Positions 39,560 through 47,858 of a stretch of 64,000 nucleotides of DNA are shown here, in pieces; position 1 is the stretch's first letter; each line of letters starts with the position of its first letter. The DNA lies in the NCBI GenBank assembly GCA_041653675.1, contig JBAZEY010000006.1:837-64836 (forward strand). The letters run 5' to 3'. The position numbers were made by a program, and so were the translations under genes. Origin of the DNA: Patescibacteria group bacterium (lineage in GTDB: Bacteria; Patescibacteriota; Patescibacteriia; XYB2-FULL-38-15). Under the pieces are notes generated by a model. It saw only the letters and a program-made list of their open reading frames with translations. It was not told the DNA's origin and ran no database searches.

Positions 39560-39988
39560 TTAAATTCCTTCGTCCCGCTCTCGTTTTCCTTTTATTTCCT
39601 CGTCTTCCGGCCGCACGCCTTTTGCCACGACTGTCATTCTTTTCGCCAGCCGCGCACCGCGTTTTACTTTCGCGTCTTTAGTGCCTTTATAAGATTTGAT
39701 CTGCCTCTCCAATTCTTTTTTCACGAGGACAATCGCTTGGCGCAAATCTTTGTGCGTTTCCTCTGCCCGCAAAATTTTTCCCGGCAAACGAAGATCTGCT
39801 TCGGCAAGATAAACCATTTCTCCGGTTTTATGATGTTTGCTTGTCCGCGCCACTTCTACCCAAACCTCAGCCACGCCGTCGGCATCATAGGTCGGAATAA
39901 ATTTTGCCAAGCCGCCGATTTTTTCATCAACAAAAACATCAATACTTTCAATCGGTTCTAAGTTTGTCCATTTTAAATTAATTTTCAT
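39560..39988 (-). CDS. hpf: ribosome hibernation promoting factor (HPF/RaiA/YfiA family)
   Basis: MKINLKWTNLEPIESI... sigma-54 modulation protein fold with a short Lys-rich C-terminal tail. Confidence 0.75.
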   Translation of the reverse strand: MKINLKWTNLEPIESIDVFVDEKIGGLAKFIPTYDADGVAEVWVEVARTSKHHKTGEMVYLAEADLRLPGKILRAEETHKDLRQAIVLVKKELERQIKSYKGTKDAKVKRGARLAKRMTVVAKGVRPEDEEIKGKRERDEGI

Positions 39989-40050
39989 AAAATAGCAATA
40001 AATTTATATTAAAACATTATAACACTACGGCACTAATTTTCAATCATTCT

Positions 40051-41043
40051 CTAAAATCCCACGTATTCTATTTCTTCCTGCAATTGTATCCCTGTCTCGT
40101 CGCGGACTTTTGTTTTTACTAAACTCGCGAGGGCAATAACATCAGCCGCCGTCGCCCCTCCCGCGTTCACGATAAAATTGGCGTGCTTCTCGGAAATTTT
40201 TGCCCCGCCGATTTGTTTTCCTCTCAGGTCGCACTGAGTTATAAGCCACGCCGCGGGAATTTTCCCTTTCTCTAAATAATCAGCTGGCACATCTTCATGG
40301 GCATGTTCTTTTATTGTTTTTACTATCTCGTCTGTAACTTCCACATTTTTCATAAACGATCCGGCGGAAGGATCCTGTGGAATTTTTCCGTCTCGGGCCG
40401 CGAAAATTTTATCCATTTCCTCTTTTATTTTATTTTTATCTCCCGGAACTAATTTAAAAATAACTTTCAAAACAATTCCACCTTCGCGCTTAAAAATACT
40501 TTCTCTATATCCAAACTTACAATCTTCTTTGCTATAACTTTTCACTTTTAATTTTTCTAAGGCCTCCACTCTTTCTATTGCCTCGCTTGTAGATTTTCCG
40601 TACGCCCCGGCATTTCCTCGTACCGCTCCGCCAACCGTCCCCGGAATTCCCGCTGCCCATTCCAGGCCAGTTAGACTATTCTCCATCGCCACGTTAACAA
40701 TTTCAGCTAATTTCACTCCCGCATCTGATTCAATTTTTGCCATGCCCCGCACCGAGCTTTGCTCTGGTGCGCGGGTACCTTGAACTTCGTATTTAGTATT
40801 TTGTATTTTTACAACTAGTCCATCAAAGCCGACATCAGAAAATAAAACATTACTCCCGCCGCTCAAAACAAAAATTTTCAAACCTAAATCTTTCGCCGCT
40901 TCCGCCGCTTTCACAATTTCCTCGGAACTTTTGGCAACAAAAAAATATCTGGCCAGTCCGCCGATTTTAAAAGTGCAATGGTTGGCGAGCGGTTCATTCT
41001 CCAAAACTCCCTCGCCTAATTTTTCTCTCAATTTATTTATCAT
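40051..41043 (-). CDS. murB: UDP-N-acetylenolpyruvoylglucosamine reductase MurB
   Basis: ENEPLANHCTFKIGG...SGGSNVLF FAD-binding motifs. The start is reassigned to MINKLREKL. The ORF-track N-terminal extension (to 41100) would translate the T-run terminator of the neighbouring GC island. Confidence 0.8.
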   Translation of the reverse strand: MINKLREKLGEGVLENEPLANHCTFKIGGLARYFFVAKSSEEIVKAAEAAKDLGLKIFVLSGGSNVLFSDVGFDGLVVKIQNTKYEVQGTRAPEQSSVRGMAKIESDAGVKLAEIVNVAMENSLTGLEWAAGIPGTVGGAVRGNAGAYGKSTSEAIERVEALEKLKVKSYSKEDCKFGYRESIFKREGGIVLKVIFKLVPGDKNKIKEEMDKIFAARDGKIPQDPSAGSFMKNVEVTDEIVKTIKEHAHEDVPADYLEKGKIPAAWLITQCDLRGKQIGGAKISEKHANFIVNAGGATAADVIALASLVKTKVRDETGIQLQEEIEYVGF

Positions 41044-41052
41044 AACATCAAC

Positions 41053-41100
41053 AAGTTTAGCAGAAATTGAATACAAAGACAAGAATAAAAAAGCCCGCAC
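41053..41100 (-). terminator. intrinsic terminator of GC island b gene (GCCCGCA...TGCGGGC + T6)
   Basis: On the minus strand, GCCCGCAttggtcaattccggttcgtcggagtttggctggTGCGGGC is followed by TTTTTTATT. Confidence 0.45.
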
Positions 41101-41143
41101 CAGCCAAACTCCGACGAACCGGAATTGACCAATGCGGGCATCA

Positions 41144-41602
41144 TCACGAAGCTACGCGATGCAGTGCCTCCGCAAGAGTTGCGGGACGGTCTTCGCCCTC
41201 CCACTCGTGGATAACGAACTCACGCAGCCACTTGCCTCCGAAGTCGGCCGTATAATCATACGGTCCGCCGCCGAAGCGAGGACCTCGCTTGTATCCAAGG
41301 ATGCGGTCGTAGACCGCCTGTCCTGCCGCCTCCCCCTTCCGGCAAAACTCATCGAACTTCGCTTGATCCGCAGAAACTTGGATCAACGCCGCCTTGTGCT
41401 CATCTTCACCGCGCCCATCCAAGTCGTACCAACAGAGAAGAATGTGCTGACCCGGAGCGACCGTCACCCGGAAGTAACAGTCGCCATGCGACTTCCGCGT
41501 TGGACATTCGACCAGCACCTTCGCCCCGTCGGTTTCCAGACGCCCGTAGTAACCGGAGGGCGAATCGTACTCGGAAAAGTAGAAAGAACAAACCCCAGCC
41601 AT
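41144..41602 (-). CDS. hypothetical protein (152 aa) in GC-rich island b
   Basis: SD AAAGGGAGGG lies before the ATG. GC is high, and no motif is recognised. Confidence 0.5.
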   Translation of the reverse strand: MAGVCSFYFSEYDSPSGYYGRLETDGAKVLVECPTRKSHGDCYFRVTVAPGQHILLCWYDLDGRGEDEHKAALIQVSADQAKFDEFCRKGEAAGQAVYDRILGYKRGPRFGGGPYDYTADFGGKWLREFVIHEWEGEDRPATLAEALHRVAS

Positions 41603-41771
41603 TTTACCACTCCCTCCCTTTATTCAACTCGCTCAATTCTTCATCAAGCGAGTGTAAATTTTCACTCTTGGCTCTTACCCGCCGGCGCACCATGCGACCG
41701 ACAAGCATTTGCCAATGCTTTATATTATTACCCTTTTACCTTTTTGTCAATAAGATGTATAATTTCAAATT

Positions 41772-42542
41772 ATGGATAAATCTTGTCAAAAAATAGAATC
41801 TGACGATCCGCTGGCCGAGAAGAAATATTCGCCGGTTAAAGGGATTGTCCGCAAATATTCTGACCGGGTGATCTTTTGTCCGACCTACGCCTGCCCCTCG
41901 CACTGCGATTTTTGTTTTAGAAAAAATTTGGTTGACGGAAAAAACGGCGAGCTTAGTGAAAGCGAAATGTCCGCGGCAATTGATTATATTAAAAAAAATA
42001 AAACCATCCGCGAAGTGATTTTGTCCGGCGGCGATCCATTATTTTTGAGTGAAAAAACTTTGTCGGATATTTTAAAAAAACTCCGCGTGATTCCGCATAT
42101 CAAACTTTTGCGCGTCCACACCCGGATTCCGGTTACGTTTCCAGGACGTGTCACAAAAAAACTTGTGGCCATTTTTAAAAACGCCGCGCCGATTTGGATT
42201 GTCGTTCACATCAATCATCCAAGAGAAATAACGCCGCAATTTAAAAAAGCTGTCACGGAATTAAGAATAGTAGGCATTCCCCTTCTCTCCCAATCGGTTT
42301 TACTCCGCAACGTAAACGACAATGCGGAAACTTTAAAAAAATTATTTTACGGACTCGTGGAACTTGGCGTGAAGCCGTATTATTTACATCAATGCGATCC
42401 GGCGCGCGGCACAAAAAAATATTGGGTTAACATAAAAAAAGGTAAAAAAATAATGCGCCAATTGCGCAAAGAAATTTCCGGAATTTGTCTTCCGACTTAT
42501 GTCCAAGACTCGCCGCACCGCGGAAAAAATCCCTTATTTTAA
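41772..42542 (+). CDS. KamA-family radical SAM protein (lysine 2,3-aminomutase-like, short form)
   Basis: CPSHCDFCFR matches CxxxCxxC radical-SAM cluster motif. It is preceded by a TGtATAAT extended -10. Confidence 0.6.
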   Translation: MDKSCQKIESDDPLAEKKYSPVKGIVRKYSDRVIFCPTYACPSHCDFCFRKNLVDGKNGELSESEMSAAIDYIKKNKTIREVILSGGDPLFLSEKTLSDILKKLRVIPHIKLLRVHTRIPVTFPGRVTKKLVAIFKNAAPIWIVVHINHPREITPQFKKAVTELRIVGIPLLSQSVLLRNVNDNAETLKKLFYGLVELGVKPYYLHQCDPARGTKKYWVNIKKGKKIMRQLRKEISGICLPTYVQDSPHRGKNPLF

Positions 42543-43997
42543 TTTTTCTAACAATAATTCTCCCACTCTCCAAACATCGCCCGCGCCCATGGTTATCACA
42601 ACATCGCCGCTTTTCACTTCTTTAGCTAAAAATTCCGCGGCTTCAGAAATTGTCGGAATATAGAGTGCATCATTGCCCTCTTTTTTTATTGCTTCTACCA
42701 AATCGCGGGAACTTACTCCGCCCGCCACTTCACGCGCCGAACCATAAATATCAATGACAATTATTTTATCTGCCCCGCCAAACGATTTAGAAAAATCTTT
42801 GAGCAACGCTTTTGTTCTTGTAAAAGTGTGCGGATGAAAAACACACCAAATCCGACGGTCTGGATATTTTTGCCGCGCCGCTTCTAGCGTCACGCGAATT
42901 TCCGTCGGATGATGGCCGTAGTCATCAATCACTAAAACTCCGCCAACTTCGCCTTTTATTTCAAACCGCCGCACCGCACCGGAAAATTTTTCTAACGCCT
43001 CGCGGATTTTTTCTAAATCAAAACCTAACTCTTTAGCCGTGGCAATTACCGCCAAGGCGTTGGCCACATTATGATTACCGAGTAACTGAATTTTAAAAAC
43101 CCCGCGCGACTCGCCTTTTTCAAAAACTTCAAATTCTACACCCCCACACCAAAAATTTTGGTGTGGGGGCATGTTCCCGCCATTTTTCTGAATAATATTT
43201 TTCGCCTGCCTCGCCGGCTCGCCTCGCTGAAGCTTGGGCGAAGCGGGTAGGCGGGCCTGCCAATCGCCGGCCGTCAATCCATAGGAAATTATTTTACACT
43301 TTGCCGACTTAGAAATTTCTAAAACATTTTTGTCGTCCGCGCACGCTACCAAAAACCCGTCTGTTGGAATTTTTGCCACAAACTTTCGGAAAGCATCAAT
43401 ATAATCTTCCGGCGTTTTGAAAAAATCAGGGTGATCATATTCCGCGCTTGTTAAAACTATCGCCCGCGGATCAAAATACAAAAACTTATTTTGGTATTCG
43501 TCGGCTTCAATAACGACATGTTCGCCACGACCAGCCCGAGCATTCCCGCCAAGTTGCGGTACAGCCGAACCAACAATCACTGTCGGGTCCGCACCTAATT
43601 CCTGCAAGACAAATCCTAACATTGCTGTTGTCGTAGTTTTTCCGTGTGTGCCAGAAACGGCAATTCCAAAACCTTCTTTCAAAATTTCGCCGAGCACTTC
43701 GGGATAACTCAAAATCGTAACCCCACTCTTCCGCGCCGCCGCCAATTCGGGATTTTCGTCAGTATAGGCCGTGGAATAAATTACCAAGTCCGGTTTTTCT
43801 TTTTCCAAATTCACCACGTCAAAACCCTCATAAAATTTTATTCCGCTTTTTTCCAAAACCTCATCAGTAAAAAACTTCTCATGCGTGTCCGAGCCCGTAA
43901 CTTCCGCCCCGCGCAATTTCAAAACCTGAGCAATGGCTGTCATACCCACGCCCTTGATCCCGATCATATAAATTTTCTTCGCGGTCTTTAAATCCAT
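42534..43997 (-). CDS. murC: UDP-N-acetylmuramate--L-alanine ligase MurC (with in-frame palindromic insertion)
   Basis: IGIKGVGMTAIA, GTHGKTTTT (P-loop) and DDYGHHPTEI motifs. It has ~35 extra residues (RLPASPKLQRGEPARQAKNIIQKNGGNMPPHQNFWCGG) relative to typical MurC. Confidence 0.85.
   Translation of the reverse strand: MDLKTAKKIYMIGIKGVGMTAIAQVLKLRGAEVTGSDTHEKFFTDEVLEKSGIKFYEGFDVVNLEKEKPDLVIYSTAYTDENPELAAARKSGVTILSYPEVLGEILKEGFGIAVSGTHGKTTTTAMLGFVLQELGADPTVIVGSAVPQLGGNARAGRGEHVVIEADEYQNKFLYFDPRAIVLTSAEYDHPDFFKTPEDYIDAFRKFVAKIPTDGFLVACADDKNVLEISKSAKCKIISYGLTAGDWQARLPASPKLQRGEPARQAKNIIQKNGGNMPPHQNFWCGGVEFEVFEKGESRGVFKIQLLGNHNVANALAVIATAKELGFDLEKIREALEKFSGAVRRFEIKGEVGGVLVIDDYGHHPTEIRVTLEAARQKYPDRRIWCVFHPHTFTRTKALLKDFSKSFGGADKIIVIDIYGSAREVAGGVSSRDLVEAIKKEGNDALYIPTISEAAEFLAKEVKSGDVVITMGAGDVWRVGELLLEKLK
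43141..43169. repeat. perfect 29-bp palindrome of repeat family B inside the murC ORF
   Basis: cccccacaccaaaaattttggtgtggggg, followed by a ~90-bp GC-rich stretch (43170-43265). Confidence 0.8.
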
Positions 43998-44015
43998 ATT
44001 TGAATTTATATTCTA

Positions 44016-44747
44016 TCACTTTTTCGCGATTGTGACAATATTCCAACCGTTCCAGGAATGTGCCTTTTTTCCCTTTTTTATATAAAAATTTTCCAAAACT
44101 TCAAGCCCCGCTCCTTTGACGAGACGCTTCAATTCCCGTAAAGTAAAAGCATGAACATACCGTTCCGCGAGAACTTCTCCACCCTCATTGCTTTTCCAGG
44201 GAACCGCGGCATCGCCAAAATCTAAATCACTCTTCCTAAATAATTTTAAAAAAATATTTTTTGTTAAGAACGCCAAATATTTTTTTCTAAAAAGCGCCCA
44301 ATTGGTCATAATCAAAAATCCGTTTGGCGCGAGCACTTTGCCAACATTTTCCAAAACTTTTTTCCGCAAATCCTCCGATGGAATATGGTGCAAAGTGGCA
44401 ATCAAAAAGACAACGTCATATTTTTCTCCCTTCCACCAATCCAAATTTGTCACGTCACCCAGTAAAAATTTTCGCGACCCGTTTTCACCCCATCGCTTTT
44501 TAGCAAACTCCAAAAGTTCCGGAGAATTATCAACACCGGTATAATCAATTGACTTTTCTTTCAAAGCCTCGTATAATCTTCCGTTACCACAACCCAAATC
44601 AAGTACACGGTCACCTGGTGCCATACTTTCAGCAAAGTCACGCATTTCATTCCAAAACCTTTGTCTAGTCTGGGAAAAATGCGGCGCGATAACCGCGTAG
44701 TTCTCTTTCACCTTATTTAATATTTTTTTCGCAACTGCTTCTTTCAT
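44016..44747 (-). CDS. class I SAM-dependent methyltransferase
   Basis: Motif I VLDLGCGNG and post-I acidic residue. The substrate is unknown. Confidence 0.6.
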   Translation of the reverse strand: MKEAVAKKILNKVKENYAVIAPHFSQTRQRFWNEMRDFAESMAPGDRVLDLGCGNGRLYEALKEKSIDYTGVDNSPELLEFAKKRWGENGSRKFLLGDVTNLDWWKGEKYDVVFLIATLHHIPSEDLRKKVLENVGKVLAPNGFLIMTNWALFRKKYLAFLTKNIFLKLFRKSDLDFGDAAVPWKSNEGGEVLAERYVHAFTLRELKRLVKGAGLEVLENFYIKKGKKAHSWNGWNIVTIAKK

Positions 44748-44750
44748 AAA

Positions 44751-46319
44751 ATGAATACTTTAGAAATCATCACGAGACAACTTATAAAAAATAAGCCCGA
44801 AACCCGCGAAAAACTTGCTGACTTAAAGCGGCAAGCGGCGGGTAAATTTAAATTGGCTTCGCCTCTCTCCGCCGATATTTTTAGAATTTATAAAAAACTT
44901 TTGCGGCAGAAAAAAATTAAACGCGACGAACGGCTGGAATTGCTTTTGAAAAAACGCGAGGTGCGGACAATTTCCGGCGTGGCGCCAATTGCAGTTTTAA
45001 CAAAATTCTATCCTTGCCCCGGCAAATGTTCTTACTGCCCGACTGAAAAAAATATGCCGAAAAGTTATTTGTCCAACGAACCGGCTGTGATGCGCGCCGT
45101 AACTTTTAATTTTGATCCCCAAAAACAAGTTGCCGGACGAATTAAAGTTTTGGAAATGAACGGCCATCCGACCGACAAACTGGAATTAATTGTGATCGGC
45201 GGAACGTGGTCGGTTCTTCCTGACCGCTACCAAAAATGGTTTATTCAAAGATGTTTTGACGGTGCGAATGGCAGGAAATCTTCTTCACTCGCCGCCGCGC
45301 AAAAAACAAATGAAACTGCCGCGCACCGCATTATCGGCATTACTCTTGAAACTCGGCCTGATTATATTACGCCTGGAGAAATTAAACGAATGCGCGAACT
45401 TGGCGCTACAAGAGTAGAACTTGGCGTACAGAGTATTTATAATTCTATCTTACAGCGAAACCGCCGCGGACACAATATTTTAGAAACCATCCGCGCCACA
45501 AAACTCCTGAAAGACGCCGGATTCAAAATCTGCTATCACATGATGCCAAATCTCCCCGGATCAACTTTGGCCAAAGATTTAAAAATGTTTAAGGAAATTT
45601 TTACTAATCCTGATTTCCAGCCGGATATGGTAAAAATCTATCCCTGCGTTGTGACGCGCGGTTCGGAAATTTATAAATGGTGGAGGCAAGGGAAATACAA
45701 ACCGTATTCAGAAAAACAACTTTTAGAATTGCTTATTAAAATTAAAAAAATAATTCCGCCTTACGTCCGTGTGAATCGCTTGATCCGCGACATTCCAAGC
45801 CCGAGCATCGCGGCGGGAAATAAAGTTTCCAATTTGCGGGAAGTCATTGCTAAGGAAATGGCGCGACGCAAACTTTATTGTAAATGCATCCGTTGCCGAG
45901 AAATTGGACACCAAAAAAATCTTAAACATGCTGCTCCAAAATTGTTTATCAAAAAATATAAAGCGTCGGGCGGCGTGGAATATTTTATAAGTTTTGAATC
46001 GCCGGACAAAAAAATTCTCTACGCTTTTGTTCGCCTCAGAATTCCTGATTTTAAAACACCGTCCATTTTGCCGGAGCTAGAAGGCGCGGCGCTCATTCGC
46101 GAACTGCATACTTACGGCCATCTCGTGCCGATTGATAAAAAATCTCCCGGTGCGACGCAGCATCTTGGTCTTGGAAAAAAATTAATGGCCGAGGCGGAAA
46201 AAATTGCGCGAAAATCAAAAATAAAAAAAATGGCTGTTATTTCCGGCATTGGCGTCCGGGCATATTATAAAAAAATCGGATACCACCTCGAAGGAACGTA
46301 CATAGTGAAACCTTTTTAG
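44751..46319 (+). CDS. elp3: Elp3-like tRNA carboxymethyluridine synthase (radical SAM + GNAT)
   Basis: Radical SAM CPGKCSYCP and a C-terminal GNAT fold. The architecture is that of archaeal/bacterial Elp3. Confidence 0.8.
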   Translation: MNTLEIITRQLIKNKPETREKLADLKRQAAGKFKLASPLSADIFRIYKKLLRQKKIKRDERLELLLKKREVRTISGVAPIAVLTKFYPCPGKCSYCPTEKNMPKSYLSNEPAVMRAVTFNFDPQKQVAGRIKVLEMNGHPTDKLELIVIGGTWSVLPDRYQKWFIQRCFDGANGRKSSSLAAAQKTNETAAHRIIGITLETRPDYITPGEIKRMRELGATRVELGVQSIYNSILQRNRRGHNILETIRATKLLKDAGFKICYHMMPNLPGSTLAKDLKMFKEIFTNPDFQPDMVKIYPCVVTRGSEIYKWWRQGKYKPYSEKQLLELLIKIKKIIPPYVRVNRLIRDIPSPSIAAGNKVSNLREVIAKEMARRKLYCKCIRCREIGHQKNLKHAAPKLFIKKYKASGGVEYFISFESPDKKILYAFVRLRIPDFKTPSILPELEGAALIRELHTYGHLVPIDKKSPGATQHLGLGKKLMAEAEKIARKSKIKKMAVISGIGVRAYYKKIGYHLEGTYIVKPF

Positions 46320-46328
46320 GTTTTTATT

Positions 46329-46374
46329 CCCTGAGCGAGCGTTAGTGAGTCGAAGGGCCTTCGACAGACTCAGG
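46329..46374. repeat. palindromic repeat family A copy 2, at the left edge of GC island c
   Basis: ccctgagcgagcgttagtgagtcgaaggg / ccttcgacagactcagg. Confidence 0.65.
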
Positions 46375-46464
46375 CCATAAACTTTACCCGCCTTTCTGGC
46401 GGGTTTTTGAAATAAAAAAAGCGAGATCCAGTGATCTCGCAGACTCGTGTTGCCGGAACATGGA

Positions 46465-47094
46465 CTAGCTTGTCCGAGCGGCCTTAGGCGGCGGTTCATG
46501 CGCGTAGCAGTTGGTGCCGCAGAAAGGACACAGTGTAGCTTCTTCGGACGGCTGATCCTTCTGACCCCCGGACCTGGTCTCGTACGCCACGTAGCCGCAC
46601 TCGCAGACCAAGGTGTACTTGTCCAGGAAATCCTGCCCGAGACCGACGTCTTCGGAGTAGCACTCCGCTTCCTCTCCGCACTTCGGACATTTGGGCTTGG
46701 GCTTGGACTTCAACTCCACCTTCTTTTCTTCGGCCATGGTTTCCTCCTTCGTCTGCTCCTCGCAAGGCAAGAGGCCAGCCCGCCCCGCCATCGCAAGGAA
46801 ATTTATCATCTCCTGACAAACAGAACCGCAATATGGTCCAACTCGGCCGTTCTCATCGTAAGCGCCGAGTTCTTCACGAAGACGATGCACATCCTGCTGT
46901 GCGGCGTCCAAGAAGGCCGCCTCTCTCGCCGGCTCCCGCCGCGCCTCGCACATGTACACGTCAAGGCGTGCAATTGAGATGTAAAGGTACAGTGCCACAA
47001 CGGCGTCAATGTTTGGTACCTGGATCGTCTCTCTAACCTTGGTGCCGCAACTTAGAAATGCAGCCGCCAAGGCAACCATGAGGATTTTTTTCAT
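46465..47094 (-). CDS. Cys-rich putative lipoprotein (209 aa) with a Y-C-G-x-V-C-Q-E-M domain, GC island c
   Basis: Signal peptide plus lipobox-like FLSC. SD GAAGGAGG and a TTGACT-N17-TATATA promoter are present. Cys pairs CPKCG/CECG/CPFCG resemble a zinc ribbon. Confidence 0.6.
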   Translation of the reverse strand: MKKILMVALAAAFLSCGTKVRETIQVPNIDAVVALYLYISIARLDVYMCEARREPAREAAFLDAAQQDVHRLREELGAYDENGRVGPYCGSVCQEMINFLAMAGRAGLLPCEEQTKEETMAEEKKVELKSKPKPKCPKCGEEAECYSEDVGLGQDFLDKYTLVCECGYVAYETRSGGQKDQPSEEATLCPFCGTNCYAHEPPPKAARTS

Positions 47095-47110
47095 CTCTTT
47101 CCTCCTTCAA

Positions 47111-47139
47111 TATATAATCACTCTGAACAAAAAAGTCAA
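47111..47139 (-). promoter_or_regulatory. sigma70 promoter TTGACT-N17-TATATA for the 46465..47094 gene
   Basis: Both hexamers match consensus and the SD-ATG lies 20 nt downstream. Confidence 0.5.
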
Positions 47140-47140
47140 G

Positions 47141-47205
47141 AATAAAAAAGGGCTTCTGCGATAAGTATTGCAACGCTTGTGCAACACTAAACCGCAAAAG
47201 CCCAA
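47141..47205 (-). terminator. terminator hairpin (GGGCTTTTGCG...CGCAGAAGCCC + T6) after the 47210..47731 gene
   Basis: Compound hairpin followed by TTTTTTATT on the minus strand. Confidence 0.4.
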
Positions 47206-47209
47206 CGAC

Positions 47210-47731
47210 TCACGGCCCGCAAAAGAGGCCGTTTGCCCTCGCCTCCAAAAGAAACTTCGTCATCTCCTGGCAGACCGGACCGCAGTAGCAATCGGTCCGG
47301 CCGCGTGCGCGGTAGACGTCGAATTCCTGGCCCAGGCGGTCCACATCGCGCTCGGCGAAGTTACGAATCGCCTGACGGGCGCTCTCCTCCGCCATCGCCG
47401 CCTCGCAGATGCCGACTTCCATACGCTGAGTTTCCAGACTGAGATACTGCCCATGTGTTCCGCCGAGCGTCGGCTCGCAGGCGACTACCTCGACCGTGAC
47501 CGGATCGGTCGGCTCTGGCAGACTTCCTCCGCAGCCGACCAAAATGAGCAGAAGAATCCCGGCCAACGTGCTGGATCCGCCGCCGAAGGCCCAAGCATGT
47601 TCGCTCGGGTCCCAAACGCGCCACGGAACCTTGAGGTAATCGTTGTCGTTCAACAGCCCGCCGATCACCGCCGCGCCGCAGAGCAAAAAGAGAATTCCCA
47701 AGAAAACCGCCGTACTTCCACAGGATTCCAT
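47210..47731 (-). CDS. Cys-rich membrane-anchored/secreted protein, paralogue of 46465..47094 (shares the ~70-aa CEA...YCGxVCQEM...GL.C domain)
   Basis: Start reassigned to MESCGST, which is preceded by SD GAAGGAGGAGG. The conserved block ...VDRLGQEFDVYRARGRTDCYCGPVCQEMTKFLLEA... aligns with ...VHRLREELGAYDENGRVGPYCGSVCQEMINFLAMA... Confidence 0.6.
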   Translation of the reverse strand: MESCGSTAVFLGILFLLCGAAVIGGLLNDNDYLKVPWRVWDPSEHAWAFGGGSSTLAGILLLILVGCGGSLPEPTDPVTVEVVACEPTLGGTHGQYLSLETQRMEVGICEAAMAEESARQAIRNFAERDVDRLGQEFDVYRARGRTDCYCGPVCQEMTKFLLEARANGLFCGP

Positions 47732-47858
47732 TGTCCTCCTCCTTCTTGCCTCAATCGCCAATTTTAGGCGAATATAAAATTATCCAACATTTTTTGCTTT
47801 TTGTCAAGATTGATGATAAAATGAAACTACTTTTAAAAATATTTTAATTTAAAAACCC

